Assembly (NCBI GenBank): GCA_025594325.1
Contig: JANHCV010000015.1
Location: forward strand, 372,001 to 436,000
Direction of reading: 5' to 3'
From: Blastocladiella emersonii ATCC 22665
Taxonomy: Eukaryota > Fungi > Blastocladiomycota
Length of the DNA stretch: 64,000 nucleotides
In this document: positions 1 through 10,284 of the stretch, piece by piece
Numbering within the stretch: the stretch's first letter is position 1
Layout of the letters: each line of letters opens with the position of its first letter
Notes under the pieces: generated by a model
What the model saw: the letters and a program-made list of their open reading frames with translations, nothing else
Told to the model about the DNA's origin: nothing
Databases searched by the model: none
Made by a program: the position numbers and the translations under genes

Positions 1-6
1 GCCCAA

Positions 7-639
7 GTGGCAGACCCCGAATTTGCCGCTCCGCACCAATATGAGCGCATACTTGGGCGATTGCTCCGCGCCGAATGCGCGGCGCGCACTGCTAGTGTGC
101 GAGGCGAATCACTCATTCGGCCGGGCCACCCAATCACGTCGGAGCTGCTCAATTACCTCGTGCTAGCCGCCCACGTCGATATCCAGCGACGCGGCCTGGA
201 AACCAGCGGCGAGGCGTGGATCGAACACGTTGCAGGGTTGACAGCGGCCGCAAGCAAAGACCGCTGAGGTGCTGCGTCCTCGCATCCGTTAATCTTGCTT
301 CTGCAAATTGCCACGTTCCTCGGGTTCATCGGCGATCACGACCTGCTCGAGCAGCTCGTCACGAGCCTTACAACTCGCTTGCAAAGATTTTACCCCTGGG
401 CGTACCGAGGTCTCGATTTACTTCTCCTGAACTGCGAGTGGGAAACCGAAACCATGCACGCCCTGTTCGCGTGGGCTCGCCCACGCACCTCAGATAAGTG
501 CCCCACGCCTGGTCTCGTTCCGTACCTTGCGATGCGCGCCGTGTTTCAATGGGACCTGGAGTCAGTGTCTCGATTCGAGCGGGAGCCCTTTGGTTTCGAC
601 GTCCGCGCCATCATCAACCACGACGACGCCGACGAATGA
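7..639 (+). pseudogene. 5'-truncated orphan ORF interrupted by an in-frame TGA (265-267); possible distant relative of the 33-38 kb family
   Basis: ORFs 7..267 and 295..639 are in the same frame, separated by one TGA. PLILLLQIATFLGFIGDHDLL aligns with PVGLAVILCLFLTMAGDADLL of the 33357 gene (9/21 identical by eye). Lower GC than backbone genes. Confidence 0.4.
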
Positions 640-867
640 AAGTTGGAAGCCGCCGCAATGACGTCGCGTTTCCAATCCTCCACGCCTGTGAATCGTGTCC
701 TCGCGCGCCTCCCCGCCTTGTCGACGTGCAAGCGCTTGTTGCGTATCTCAACCGAGCGGCTGATGTTTTGCACGCTCGATTGATTGAGCGCCTCTGCACA
801 GTTTTGTTGTCCATTACATGCAAAGTCCGTTTACGTCCTAGTTTCACACCCACCTTTCAACCCACCT

Positions 868-3800
868 TCATTCTGAGACCAACGACGCGCGCCGCTGCGC
901 CTGCTCCATCTCCCGATGCTGCGCAGCCCGCAACGTCGCCATCCACGCGTCGTTCTCGTACCCCGCCTCGCAAGCAGCCGCACACTTGCGCTCCATGACG
1001 CGCACCAGCTCACGCGTCCCCTCCTCCTCAATCGCCGCGTCGAGGAGCGCGACCAGCTCCGCGTCCGGCAACGTGTGGATCGCGAACGCGTCGCCAGCGT
1101 ACCCCGCGAGCCCCGCGGCCGCGACGGCCGGGTGATGCCGCGCGGCGGCGGCGGCGGCCGAGTTGAGGCGCGACGGGAGCGCGTGGTACGCGACGCCGGT
1201 CGTGCCGGAGGGCAGGAGGGCGATGCCCGCGCCGCCCGTCGCGGCGGCGGCGGCTGCGGGCGAGCGCAGCGGGTTTTCGGCGGCGGGGACGCCGAGGAGC
1301 TGGTCCCACGAGATGACGTCGAGGAGCGACGCCATGGACCGCTGCTGGTCGCGCAACCTGCCGGCGTTCTCGCGCTGGACGACCTCGACGTTGAGGGCGA
1401 CGAGCTGCGCGTCGAACTGCTCCGCGGGCATCGCGGTCAGGCGGAGCGCCGTGGGGGATGCGGACCCGGGGAACCGCTGTTTCGGTGCGCGCTGCCGCGC
1501 GTAGTGGAACAGCCACTGCGCGTCCTTGATGCGCGCGGCCAGCGCCGCGTGCTTGTTGGCCCACGCGTACCACAGCGGGGTGCGGCCGAGGGCGTCGGCG
1601 GCGCAGGGGGATGCGCCGGCGTGGAGCAGCGCCTCGACGATGGGCGCGTCGCCGTAGCTCGCGGCGAGGTGCAGCGCCGCGCGGCCCGTCTCGGGGTCGA
1701 CGACCGCGTCGACGTCCGCGCCCGCCTGGATCGCGGTCACGACGACGTGTAGGTCCGAGCCGTGCACCGCGTAGTACAGCTGGTGCGCGAGGTCCGCGGA
1801 GCCCGGGGAGAGGGAGCGGGTGGCGGCGGGCGCGTACGCGAGCTCGAGGTATTTCGCGGATATGTACTCGCGCTTCGAGGCGCGGTCGGACGTGGGGCCG
1901 GGCTTTTGACGCGCCGAGTTGCATAGGTCCGCCTCAAGGAATAGGTTCGCGGCCTTGTTGCCGCGGTCTTGGAGCAGCTACAGTTGGCGCGCGTGTCAGT
2001 ACTGGGCCATGGATAGCGAAGCAGCAAGGCGTACCTGAGCAACAGTCCAGTGCCACCGCGGCAGCTTAGCAAGTCGGATCCGCGGGTTGTGCGTGGTGCC
2101 GCGCGCCGTAGGCGTGTCAGCGAGCGACTGGTGCACGGCGGCGCAGTCGCGGCACAGGTAAGACCCGAAGAAGACCGAGACCATGGTCGCGTCTACACTC
2201 CCGCCAAGTCAAGTCAGTCCACCGGCGCGGAAGGTTGAGAGCGAGACGAAACGTACTCGGCGCGTCGCAGTCGACACACGCGCCGCTTGACCCGGCCGCG
2301 AGATCGGGCACGAGATGATGCGTGACGACGACCTCAGAGCTCGCGCCGGGGCCAACGCTGATCCCGGCGTGTGCGATCCCGCCGCCGCTGCTCGTGTTCG
2401 CTGCGCCGCCCGCCGACGCCGCCGCGCGGAGACTCAGCTTGACGACGTCCCCGAGTCCGCGCCTCGCGTACGCGATCGTCGTCGCCAACGGCTTTTCATT
2501 CGGCGCGAGCGCGCGCGCCTGGTCGCCGAGATGCTCGACGAGCGTGTACCCTGCGGGGTCGCCGTGGACCTTGAGTTTCGGGAGCGCGGACGCGATGACG
2601 TCGGCGGCGGTGGTGGCGAGGGTGGCCGAGACGCAGGTGAAGACCTGCGTTGTGGCGGCCGTGTGCAGGCACGAGAAGACGCGCAGGACGCCCGAGGTGA
2701 CGCGCTTGCGTAAAGAGAAGCGCACGTTCTTGTAGATGTGCTCGACGATCAGCCAGAAGGGGAGCTCGGTGTCTTGCAGGACGCGCTCGTCTACACTTGG
2801 TGGTTAGCGTGGGCTTGAAGGAGGAGAGGTGAAAGCGTACCCTTGTCGACGGCCATGTAGAGCTCATACTCATCCGCCGGCGCCGGAACCGCGGCAGCGG
2901 CCGCGTGCGACGACTCGCCGCCGAGCTTGCCGAGGACGAGCGCGCACACGTCCTTGGCCGTGTGGTGCGCGAGGGTATGGATCCCTTTGCTCCCGACCAT
3001 CGGATGCTCAGGGAGCAGCACCCGCAGCGCGCACACGGGCACGCCGTTCGTTTCCGTCACCCCGATCAACCCGTCGAGGGCGCCGCTTCCCGGCGCCTCG
3101 GGCGACGACGGTGGGATCGTGATGGTACCGGGGAGCGGCGACGAGGAGGCGGGCGCGGGGTTCGCGCTGCGCGACTTGACGAGCCGCTTGAAGTGGCTCG
3201 CGACGCTGAGGCGCGGTGAGGAGGTGGCAGGTGGTGGTGGGGAGACGGGCTGGAGTGGCGGCGAGAGCGGCGGTAGGGCGTGCAGGGGCACGGGCGCGGC
3301 GATGGTGGCGGGCGGCGGGATGATGATGCGGCCGACGGCGGGGATCGGGGTGAGCGGCGAGGTCGGGGCGGCGCCGCCGTGGTGGTCAATAGACGGCGAC
3401 GAGGACAGCCCGAGCGCGGACGTGTCCGAGGCGGCCGAGCGGGACAGCGGGAGCGAGGACGCCTCGCCCGGTTCGACCTGTTCCATGACGGGCAGAAGCA
3501 GGTCGAGCGCACGCTCGACGACGGCCTCGTGCACGTCCGCGCCGACCGCGATACAGTCGTCAATCTCGCCGACCGCCGCGTCGAGCGCCGCGAGCCGTGC
3601 CGCCATCTCGCCGGCCTCGACGACGAGCTGCTCGCGGAGCTGGAGCACGGCTTTCCGCGAAATCGGCTCGATACCGACCTTCTTCCCCACGTCGCGGATC
3701 TCGTGCATGCTCTCGATGCTGCGGAGGAGCGGCGGGCTGGAGTTGCCGAGGTCCCGGACGAGCAGGGCGCGGGCGCGCGGGCGGATCTCGACGGTCGGGT

Positions 3801-3939
3801 AGTGCGGCGAGTCGGCGGGGGTGCCGTACTTGAGGTCCACCCACCGCAGGCCCGAGTGGCCGTCGCCCGGGTCGCGCCGCGCGTAGCGGATCAGCTGCAC
3901 GCTGAAGTGCGGCTCGTAGGCGTCTTTTCGGTGTGGCAT
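868..3939 (-). CDS. ArfGAP with two Ras-association (RA)-like domains and ankyrin repeats; 4 exons
   Basis: Introns 2840-2791, 2256-2193 and 2034-1978 join the ORFs in frame. Spliced zinc finger CVDC-x16-CRDC, the ArfGAP tail GNKAANLFLE...KREYISAKY, and ankyrins GRAALHLAA and GRTPLWYA. RA-like segments HTAKDVCALVLGKL...EYELY...ERVLQDTELP and TTAADVIASALPKL...YTLVE...RALAPNEKPL. Confidence 0.85.
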
Positions 3940-4173
3940 TGCAGTATTGTGAGGGTGCGGGGGAGAGAGAAAGGGTGCGATCGAGCGCTTCTCCTGGCGA
4001 GCAGTGCGGGCCGGCGGGATGCGTGTGCCTTGGCGAACGTGAGCGTGAGAGACGCGTCGCCGCCGCCGTGTCTCGCGCCGCGCCGTGTCTCGCACCCGGC
4101 ATGTGACGAGCGCCACCGATCCTTCCTCTCCTCGCCTCTTCCCCGCTCCCCTGCCTCAACCCCACACCCCACC

Positions 4174-5199
4174 ATGGAACCGCACGACTCGATGCAACAC
4201 GACGATGAGCTGATGGAGATCGACCCCGCCCCGGCGTCCACCACCACCCGCCCGCCCAAGCGCCTGCCGCACCCGCCGCGGCAACGGCCGCTGTACGAGA
4301 ACTGCAGCGTGTACGCGCCCGACGGGGTCACGCTGCTCTTCCGGTGCGCGCGCAAGAAGGTCAACTGGTACCTGTCGCGCGACCTCGCTCGCCCTCTGGG
4401 GGACACCGACCCACCTTCAATCGCCCTCACCTTCACCCCCGCGGGCTCGGGCCGTGCGGCCGACGCGTGGTACCTCGAGTCCAAGACCCCGCACTGCGTG
4501 ATCTGCGGGACCCCCGACTCGCTCATCACGGTGAGCGTGGTCCCGCACCAGTACCGGCGGCACCTGCCGCTGTGCGTGAAATCGCATAGCAACCTCGACA
4601 CGCTCCCCGTCTGCATCCCGTGCCACGCGGCGTACGACGCGCAGGTGCGCAAAGCGTGCGCGACGCTCGCCGCGCACTACGGGGTCCCGCTCGAGGGCAC
4701 GCCGTGGATCGCCGCATCCCAACAAGTCCGGAGCGCGCGCAAGGCCGCGGGCGCGCTGCTTAACCCGCGCGCCAAGATCCCGGAGCAGGCGTGCGCGGAG
4801 TTGTGGGGCAAGGTGCGCGCGGTGCTGGGCGACGGTGAGATTGCGGAGCACGACCTCCGCGCGCTCGCCGAGTCGAAAGACGTGGTCCGCGGTCCCGGGT
4901 TCGTCGAGCACGGCGAGGCCGTCGTCCGCGCGGTCCTCGCCGAGCGCGCGCGCGCCGTGTTTGCCACCCACGGCGTACCCGACACGCTCGAGATGGGGAC
5001 GGGGCAGAAGCCGCCGTCCGCGAACGGCGCACACGGACCCACGGGGAAGGTAGGTGTGGTGCGGCCCGTCCCGCTGCCGGCCGACCAGGACCCCGTCGTC
5101 GCGTTCGTGGTCATGTGGCGGAAACACTTTCTCGCCGTCGCGCGCCCGCAGTGCATGTCGCTGCACTACGACGTGCACGCGGACGTGTTCAACCACTGA
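4174..5199 (+). CDS. Stand-alone EXD2 C-terminal (HNH-like, Zn-binding) domain protein
   Basis: LYENCSVYAPDG..LFRC..KKVNWYL, CVICG and VVPHQYRRHLP...CIPCH match the EXD2 C-terminal region. No DEDD exonuclease domain is present. Single exon. Confidence 0.8.
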   Translation: MEPHDSMQHDDELMEIDPAPASTTTRPPKRLPHPPRQRPLYENCSVYAPDGVTLLFRCARKKVNWYLSRDLARPLGDTDPPSIALTFTPAGSGRAADAWYLESKTPHCVICGTPDSLITVSVVPHQYRRHLPLCVKSHSNLDTLPVCIPCHAAYDAQVRKACATLAAHYGVPLEGTPWIAASQQVRSARKAAGALLNPRAKIPEQACAELWGKVRAVLGDGEIAEHDLRALAESKDVVRGPGFVEHGEAVVRAVLAERARAVFATHGVPDTLEMGTGQKPPSANGAHGPTGKVGVVRPVPLPADQDPVVAFVVMWRKHFLAVARPQCMSLHYDVHADVFNH

Positions 5200-5378
5200 G
5201 TTGGCGTGTTTTTGGAGGGCAAACGGGTGATGATATATAGAGGTAAGCGACACCGAGCGAGCAAGCGAGAGACACAACGGAGGGAGGCAGACAGATACGG
5301 GACGGGGTGAGATAGTACGATTTCAAAAACAGCGACGCGCGCACGACATGGACGCGTCCGGGGATGCAGGGCGCGCGA

Positions 5379-6101
5379 TTATAGCCTACACGCGGTCCAA
5401 ATCCAGCCGTCAGCGATGCGAATTCTCGGCCACCTGAAACACCCGCCAACGTACAGCCGCGCGTAGCATCGGCCACACCGGCACCCGCGCACGATCTGCT
5501 GCGGCATGGGCGGCGGCGGTGGCGGCGACAGCCGGACGTCGCCCTCGCCCACGTCCTCGCCATCGTAGACGTAGACGGGCACGTCGACATGCGCACGCAC
5601 CCCCGCGGCCCCGAGATCGCGCTTGAACCGGACGCCCGCGATCCCGTACGCGTCGGGCGGGCCGGGCGGCAGCACCGCGGCGACGGCGGCGCGCAGGCAC
5701 GTGTCGAAGCGCACGCCGAACAGGTGCCACGCGACCGACGCGACGAGCACGCCCGTCCACTGCGCGGCGAGCGACAGGACCGCGGGCCATGGTGGGAGTG
5801 CCGGGAGGAAGGAACGGGTGGGTGAGGGCGTACGACGCCGTAGACGCGGCTGCCGCCGGCGATGGCGCGCGCGCGAGTGCGATGGTGGTGGTGGTGCGGG
5901 GACAGCATCGGCGGTGGAGGTGGGAGCCAGCGCGCGTAGGTCGTCGAGGTCGTCGTGCAGGTCCTTGCTGCCCATGCGCCGATGATGATGAGGGTGGTGC
6001 CCTGGATGCCGCGGGGCACTTGGCTCCATCGCGTCGTCGGCGTGGGGTCGATGCATCGTAGCAGAGGTGGGAGACGGCAGTGGTGGTGGTAGCAGATCCA
6101 T
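5379..6101 (-). CDS. Hypothetical protein with one hydrophobic segment and a Cys-containing C-terminus
   Basis: 240-aa ATG ORF with good start context (caccaccATG); no family recognised; the 3' end could be spliced. Confidence 0.45.
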   Translation of the reverse strand: MDLLPPPLPSPTSATMHRPHADDAMEPSAPRHPGHHPHHHRRMGSKDLHDDLDDLRALAPTSTADAVPAPPPPSHSRARHRRRQPRLRRRTPSPTRSFLPALPPWPAVLSLAAQWTGVLVASVAWHLFGVRFDTCLRAAVAAVLPPGPPDAYGIAGVRFKRDLGAAGVRAHVDVPVYVYDGEDVGEGDVRLSPPPPPPMPQQIVRGCRCGRCYARLYVGGCFRWPRIRIADGWIWTACRL

Positions 6102-6725
6102 GGTGGGTGCTGGCTAATATTGTTCACGTTGTTGTTGATGGTAGGGAGAAGGAGACAGAATGGAGGGGAGAGGGGGGTTTCCAAAACCAGGGCCGCGGTC
6201 GCGTCGAGTCCGGCGGAACGGATCCCGTCGCGTTTTTGTATCGGTGTCCGCCGACCTTCCCTCCCCGTTGTTGATGGTCCGCCCGCGTCGCGTTGCGCTG
6301 AGTCAGTCAAGTCAAGCGAGACCCAAACACAACAAGCCCGCCCGCGCTCCCGCAACGCCGGTTCCCACGGCCGACCGACCACGGTCACGATGGGTCCCGC
6401 GTCCCACGACCCGCGGGCCTGACCGACCCATCGGCTCCCAGCGCGCGTTGCGCGCGGCCGTGAGGCACCACGACGCGCACGGCGATCTCGGCGCGGAGCA
6501 CGAGGAGCAGCGGATCGGGAGCGCGGGGACGGAGAGCGGGCAGGCAGGCGTGGTGCGCCTCGATGGCCGGCTGGGAACCGAGCTGAGCCGCCGCGCAAAG
6601 AGGCGCATGGACGCAGCGCACGTGATCCCCTGGTCCGCCAGGTGCCGCGCCTCCTCCGCCGCTTCGCGGGCCCTGCCCTCCCTACCCTTTCGTTAGCTCC
6701 ACTTTGCCCATGTAAACTTGCGCTC

Positions 6726-7284
6726 ATGACGACTTCCAGCAATAATACGCCACCCGCCGGGTTCCGCCTCGGCCTGTACCGCGTGCTCGGGATCGCCGAC
6801 CCGTCCGCCGCGACGCCCGAGTCCCTGCGCGCCGCGTACCGCCGGCTCGCGCTCGAGCACCACCCGGACAAGCAGCAGGTTGGCGGTGAGGGAGGAGGGG
6901 ATGCGGGAGCGTTCGCGGCGATCGCCGACGCGTACCGGATCCTCGGCGACCCGAAGGCACGCGCGGCGTACGATCAGTGGGCCAAGAGTACGCTTATCGG
7001 GGGATTGTATCCGAATGGTGGGCGACCGCTGACGCCCCGCGCGTGTAGCCGAGCGCGCGACCTCCGAGCCGCACTTTGACGTGGACCTCGACGACATGAC
7101 GCCGCACTACGACCCGTCCGACTCGGCGGATGAGGACCCGTGCCCGGTGCGGTGGACGTACCCGTGCCGGTGCGGCGGCGAGATCGTGGTGGACGTGGCG
7201 GACCTCGAGGCGCAGCTCGCCGTGTTCCCGTGCTCCGGGTGCACCATGCGGTGTCGCGTCGTCTACTACGCGCTCGATGAATAG
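6726..7284 (+). CDS. JJJ3: Diphthamide biosynthesis J-protein Dph4/Jjj3 (J domain + CSL zinc finger); 2 exons
   Basis: J domain with HHPDK. Intron 6988-7048 gives the in-frame C-terminus VDLDDM...YPCRCGG...PCSGC (CSL finger). Confidence 0.9.
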
Positions 7285-7322
7285 TGTAACAAGAGTCGGT
7301 ATACAATAGCTAGTGTAGAACA

Positions 7323-9407
7323 TCAAGTGGAGGTGCGCGCGACGACCTGCGCCACGAGCGCCTCAATCGCCTCGCCGCGGGCCTCGACGCGGAACTCGCG
7401 GCGCATGGCGCGGTCGACGACCTCGTTCCGGGCCAACCCCCACTCGCCGCGGTGCGCGAGCGTCTCGAGGATCGGGAGAAAGTGCGACGCGTTGGGCCGA
7501 AGGTGGTACTGCGCCTGCATACGGCGGATCAGGTCCGTCGCCTGGCGCACCGCCACCTTGCTGTCCCGCTCGAGCATGCACGCGGCCACCAGGAGGTGCA
7601 GCGTGAACCCGGTGGGCGCAACGACGGGGACAAACTGGCGCTCGAGCGCGGCAAACACGCCGTGCGCCTTCTCCGCGTCGCGCGTCGTGTGCACGTGGTG
7701 CTGGATCAGCGCGTTGAACGGCCCGATGCTGTTAGCGAACTGCGCGCGCACCGCGTGCGGCGCCCACCGCTGCGCGTGCGGGTGCGCGCACAGGAGGTCG
7801 AACCGCGCCATCGCGCGCCCGGTGTCGCCGGCCGCGAGATCGCCCTTGATCAGCGTCGAGAACGTCACGGCGGTCGGGACCACGCCGGCCGCCTGCATCT
7901 GCGCGAACAGGGAGTCGGCGGTCGCGCGCTGCCGCTGCGCGACGGCCTGCGAGAGGGCGAGGTTGAAGAGCAGCGGGTACGGCGCGATGCCGGCGGCGCG
8001 GAGGTCGCCCAGCACGTCGCACATGGCGGCGAGCGCGCGCGCGTCCGTCGGCCGTTTCGCGAGCACCGAGAACAGCCGCGTGATGGTGCGGAGATCGGGC
8101 AGCTGGCCCAGCGCGTGCTTCATTTCCGCATAAAGCGTCAGCGCGCGGTCGCCGTGGCCCGCGGTGCAGCACGCCGACAGGTACGAGTTGTACAGGAAGT
8201 ACTGGTGCCGCGCGAGTTTCGACGGCGACGCCGCGCTCGCGGCCTCGATGGCGTGCAGGGTGCGGAACGCCGCATCGGCCGAGTCGAGGCGGTGGTGGCC
8301 CGCGAGAAGCTCGAGGTACGCGTGCGTCGCGTCGCCGAGCGGCGTCAGCGACTTGGCGGTCAGCGCGCTGAATACCTGCATCGCCGGCGCCAGCTGCCGC
8401 CCGCGCGCGAGCGAGAGCAGCTCGTTGGACTTGAACTCGAGGTACGGCTTGCGGTCGCGCTCGGCCTGCGCCTGGCTGGCCTCGTGGATGGCGTCGGCCT
8501 CGGCGGCAGGGGCAGGCGCGGCAAACTCAATCGTCTGCTGCTGCTGGACGACGGGCTCGAGCACCTGGGGCACGGGCGACGCGGGCGGCGACGCCTCGAT
8601 CATCGCGTTCGCGTTAGCTTTGGGGTTGGCGAGCTTCTTCCACTCGCGCAGCGCGTCGAGGTCGCCCATGCGCGCGAGGAGGCGCTGCGCGACGAGGTGC
8701 AGGCGCGCGGCGGCCGCCGGGTCCGCGAGCAGGTTGCGGGCCGCGTCGGCCAGGACGGCGAGGACGAGCGCGCGGCGCTGCTCGGGGCTAGCGGGGGATG
8801 ACGCGGCGAGGAGCTGGTGCAGCTTGGCCACCACATCGGCGACGGGATCGGTGCCGGACGCCGAGGCGTCGGCGAGCAGCGTCGCGTGCTCGCGCGCCAG
8901 GAGGCGGAGAAGGGCGACCGTCGACGCGTCGGCGGGCGAGGCGGTGGCGGCGACGAGGTCCTGGTGGTGCGGCTCGAGGCTCGGGACGGCGAGATCGGCC
9001 GACGAGGACGCGGACGTGGGCGTCCACAGCCCCGGCGCGCCAGCCGTAACGACCGACGTGCGCGCGGCGGCCGCGGCCTCGCGGGCGGCGTCGAGGACGG
9101 ACGACGATCCGGGCGCGCGGTTGAACCCAGTCCCCTGCAACGGCGCGGTGGTGGCGTTGGCGGCCGCGAACCGCGCGCGCGCCTGAAGGATGCGCAGCCG
9201 CACGGCGTCGGCGTGGTCGGCATGGTGGTGGTGGTCGTCGCCCTTGAGCAGCGCCGACTGCAGCACCGTCGAGTTGTTGGACTGCGACACCGAGAAGAGC
9301 TGGCGGCCGCCCTGCTGCGCGGTGCTCGCGGTCGTCGGCGCGCGACCCGCCTGCGCAAAGGCGTGCCACAGCTTGCCCACGGTCGGGCGCGCGGCGGCAA
9401 AGTGCAT
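7323..9407 (-). CDS. Pentatricopeptide-repeat (PPR) protein, probably mitochondrial
   Basis: PPR-like motifs (YNSYLSAC, PDLRTITRLF, VVPTAVTFSTLIKG, FNALIQH) and an R/A/S-rich acid-free N-terminus. Confidence 0.85.
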   Translation of the reverse strand: MHFAAARPTVGKLWHAFAQAGRAPTTASTAQQGGRQLFSVSQSNNSTVLQSALLKGDDHHHHADHADAVRLRILQARARFAAANATTAPLQGTGFNRAPGSSSVLDAAREAAAAARTSVVTAGAPGLWTPTSASSSADLAVPSLEPHHQDLVAATASPADASTVALLRLLAREHATLLADASASGTDPVADVVAKLHQLLAASSPASPEQRRALVLAVLADAARNLLADPAAAARLHLVAQRLLARMGDLDALREWKKLANPKANANAMIEASPPASPVPQVLEPVVQQQQTIEFAAPAPAAEADAIHEASQAQAERDRKPYLEFKSNELLSLARGRQLAPAMQVFSALTAKSLTPLGDATHAYLELLAGHHRLDSADAAFRTLHAIEAASAASPSKLARHQYFLYNSYLSACCTAGHGDRALTLYAEMKHALGQLPDLRTITRLFSVLAKRPTDARALAAMCDVLGDLRAAGIAPYPLLFNLALSQAVAQRQRATADSLFAQMQAAGVVPTAVTFSTLIKGDLAAGDTGRAMARFDLLCAHPHAQRWAPHAVRAQFANSIGPFNALIQHHVHTTRDAEKAHGVFAALERQFVPVVAPTGFTLHLLVAACMLERDSKVAVRQATDLIRRMQAQYHLRPNASHFLPILETLAHRGEWGLARNEVVDRAMRREFRVEARGEAIEALVAQVVARTST

Positions 9408-10284
9408 GGTGGTGGCGGATCAGGGACGGGGGTGGATCGGGGGGTGCGAGCGCAACGAGTGATGATGGGTTCGCAAAGTCGAGTGCGGGGAGAGAGAGAG
9501 AGAGAGTCGAGGAAGAAGAGTCGAGGGCAGTTGAGGGAGGAGGGGAGAAGAGAAGGCGGGCGGGCGGTCGCCTTATCCGGCCAGCGGACCACAACAAGGG
9601 GGGCTGGCGGCAGGGACTTGCAGGGCCTCCACTGGGCCTCCACCGGCACCCGCCCTCCGTTTCGAACCGAACCGGCGCCGACCTCGTGCCGTCTCCGCGT
9701 TGCCGAGTCATCCTCGTGTGGGCTCGCGTTGCGCCGCGGTCGGGTCCGCTCGGGTCCTGTCCTCCCACTCGCTCGCCCTCGTGCTGACGTGGCACTCACC
9801 GCCGCTGCCGCCGCCTCTGCGCTGCATGGCTTGGCCGCCCCCGCTGACCAAGGACGAGCGCGTCCTGCCGGGTTGCCCCACCTTATCGATGGCCGGTGGC
9901 CGCGCTCACTGTCCCTCAACGCTCAAGCGAGCAGCGTGCTCAGCCAGGGAGACTTGTCTCAGAGGCTCCGTTCAGCGTGGGGGGCGGTCGGACAACGTCA
10001 AGCTTCATCGGATGATGCTTCATCCAGTACGATCGCTGAACGAGGCAGGGGAGAACAGGCCAGGCGACGAGAGGCGCGGTGAGAGACGCGAACAAAAAAA
10101 GTGGAGTCAAAAAATTCAACGCGAAGACTGCGTGTCAACGAAGCAGGTGGGGTCAGGTGAGGAGACCAAACACGACCACACGCGACGCAGCGACCACCCT
10201 CGCGAACTCGTCGCGCTCCCCCTGCATCGGATCGGCTTGATCCCCGCAACGCACGCGCGCGTGCACCGACAAACCACCACCACC

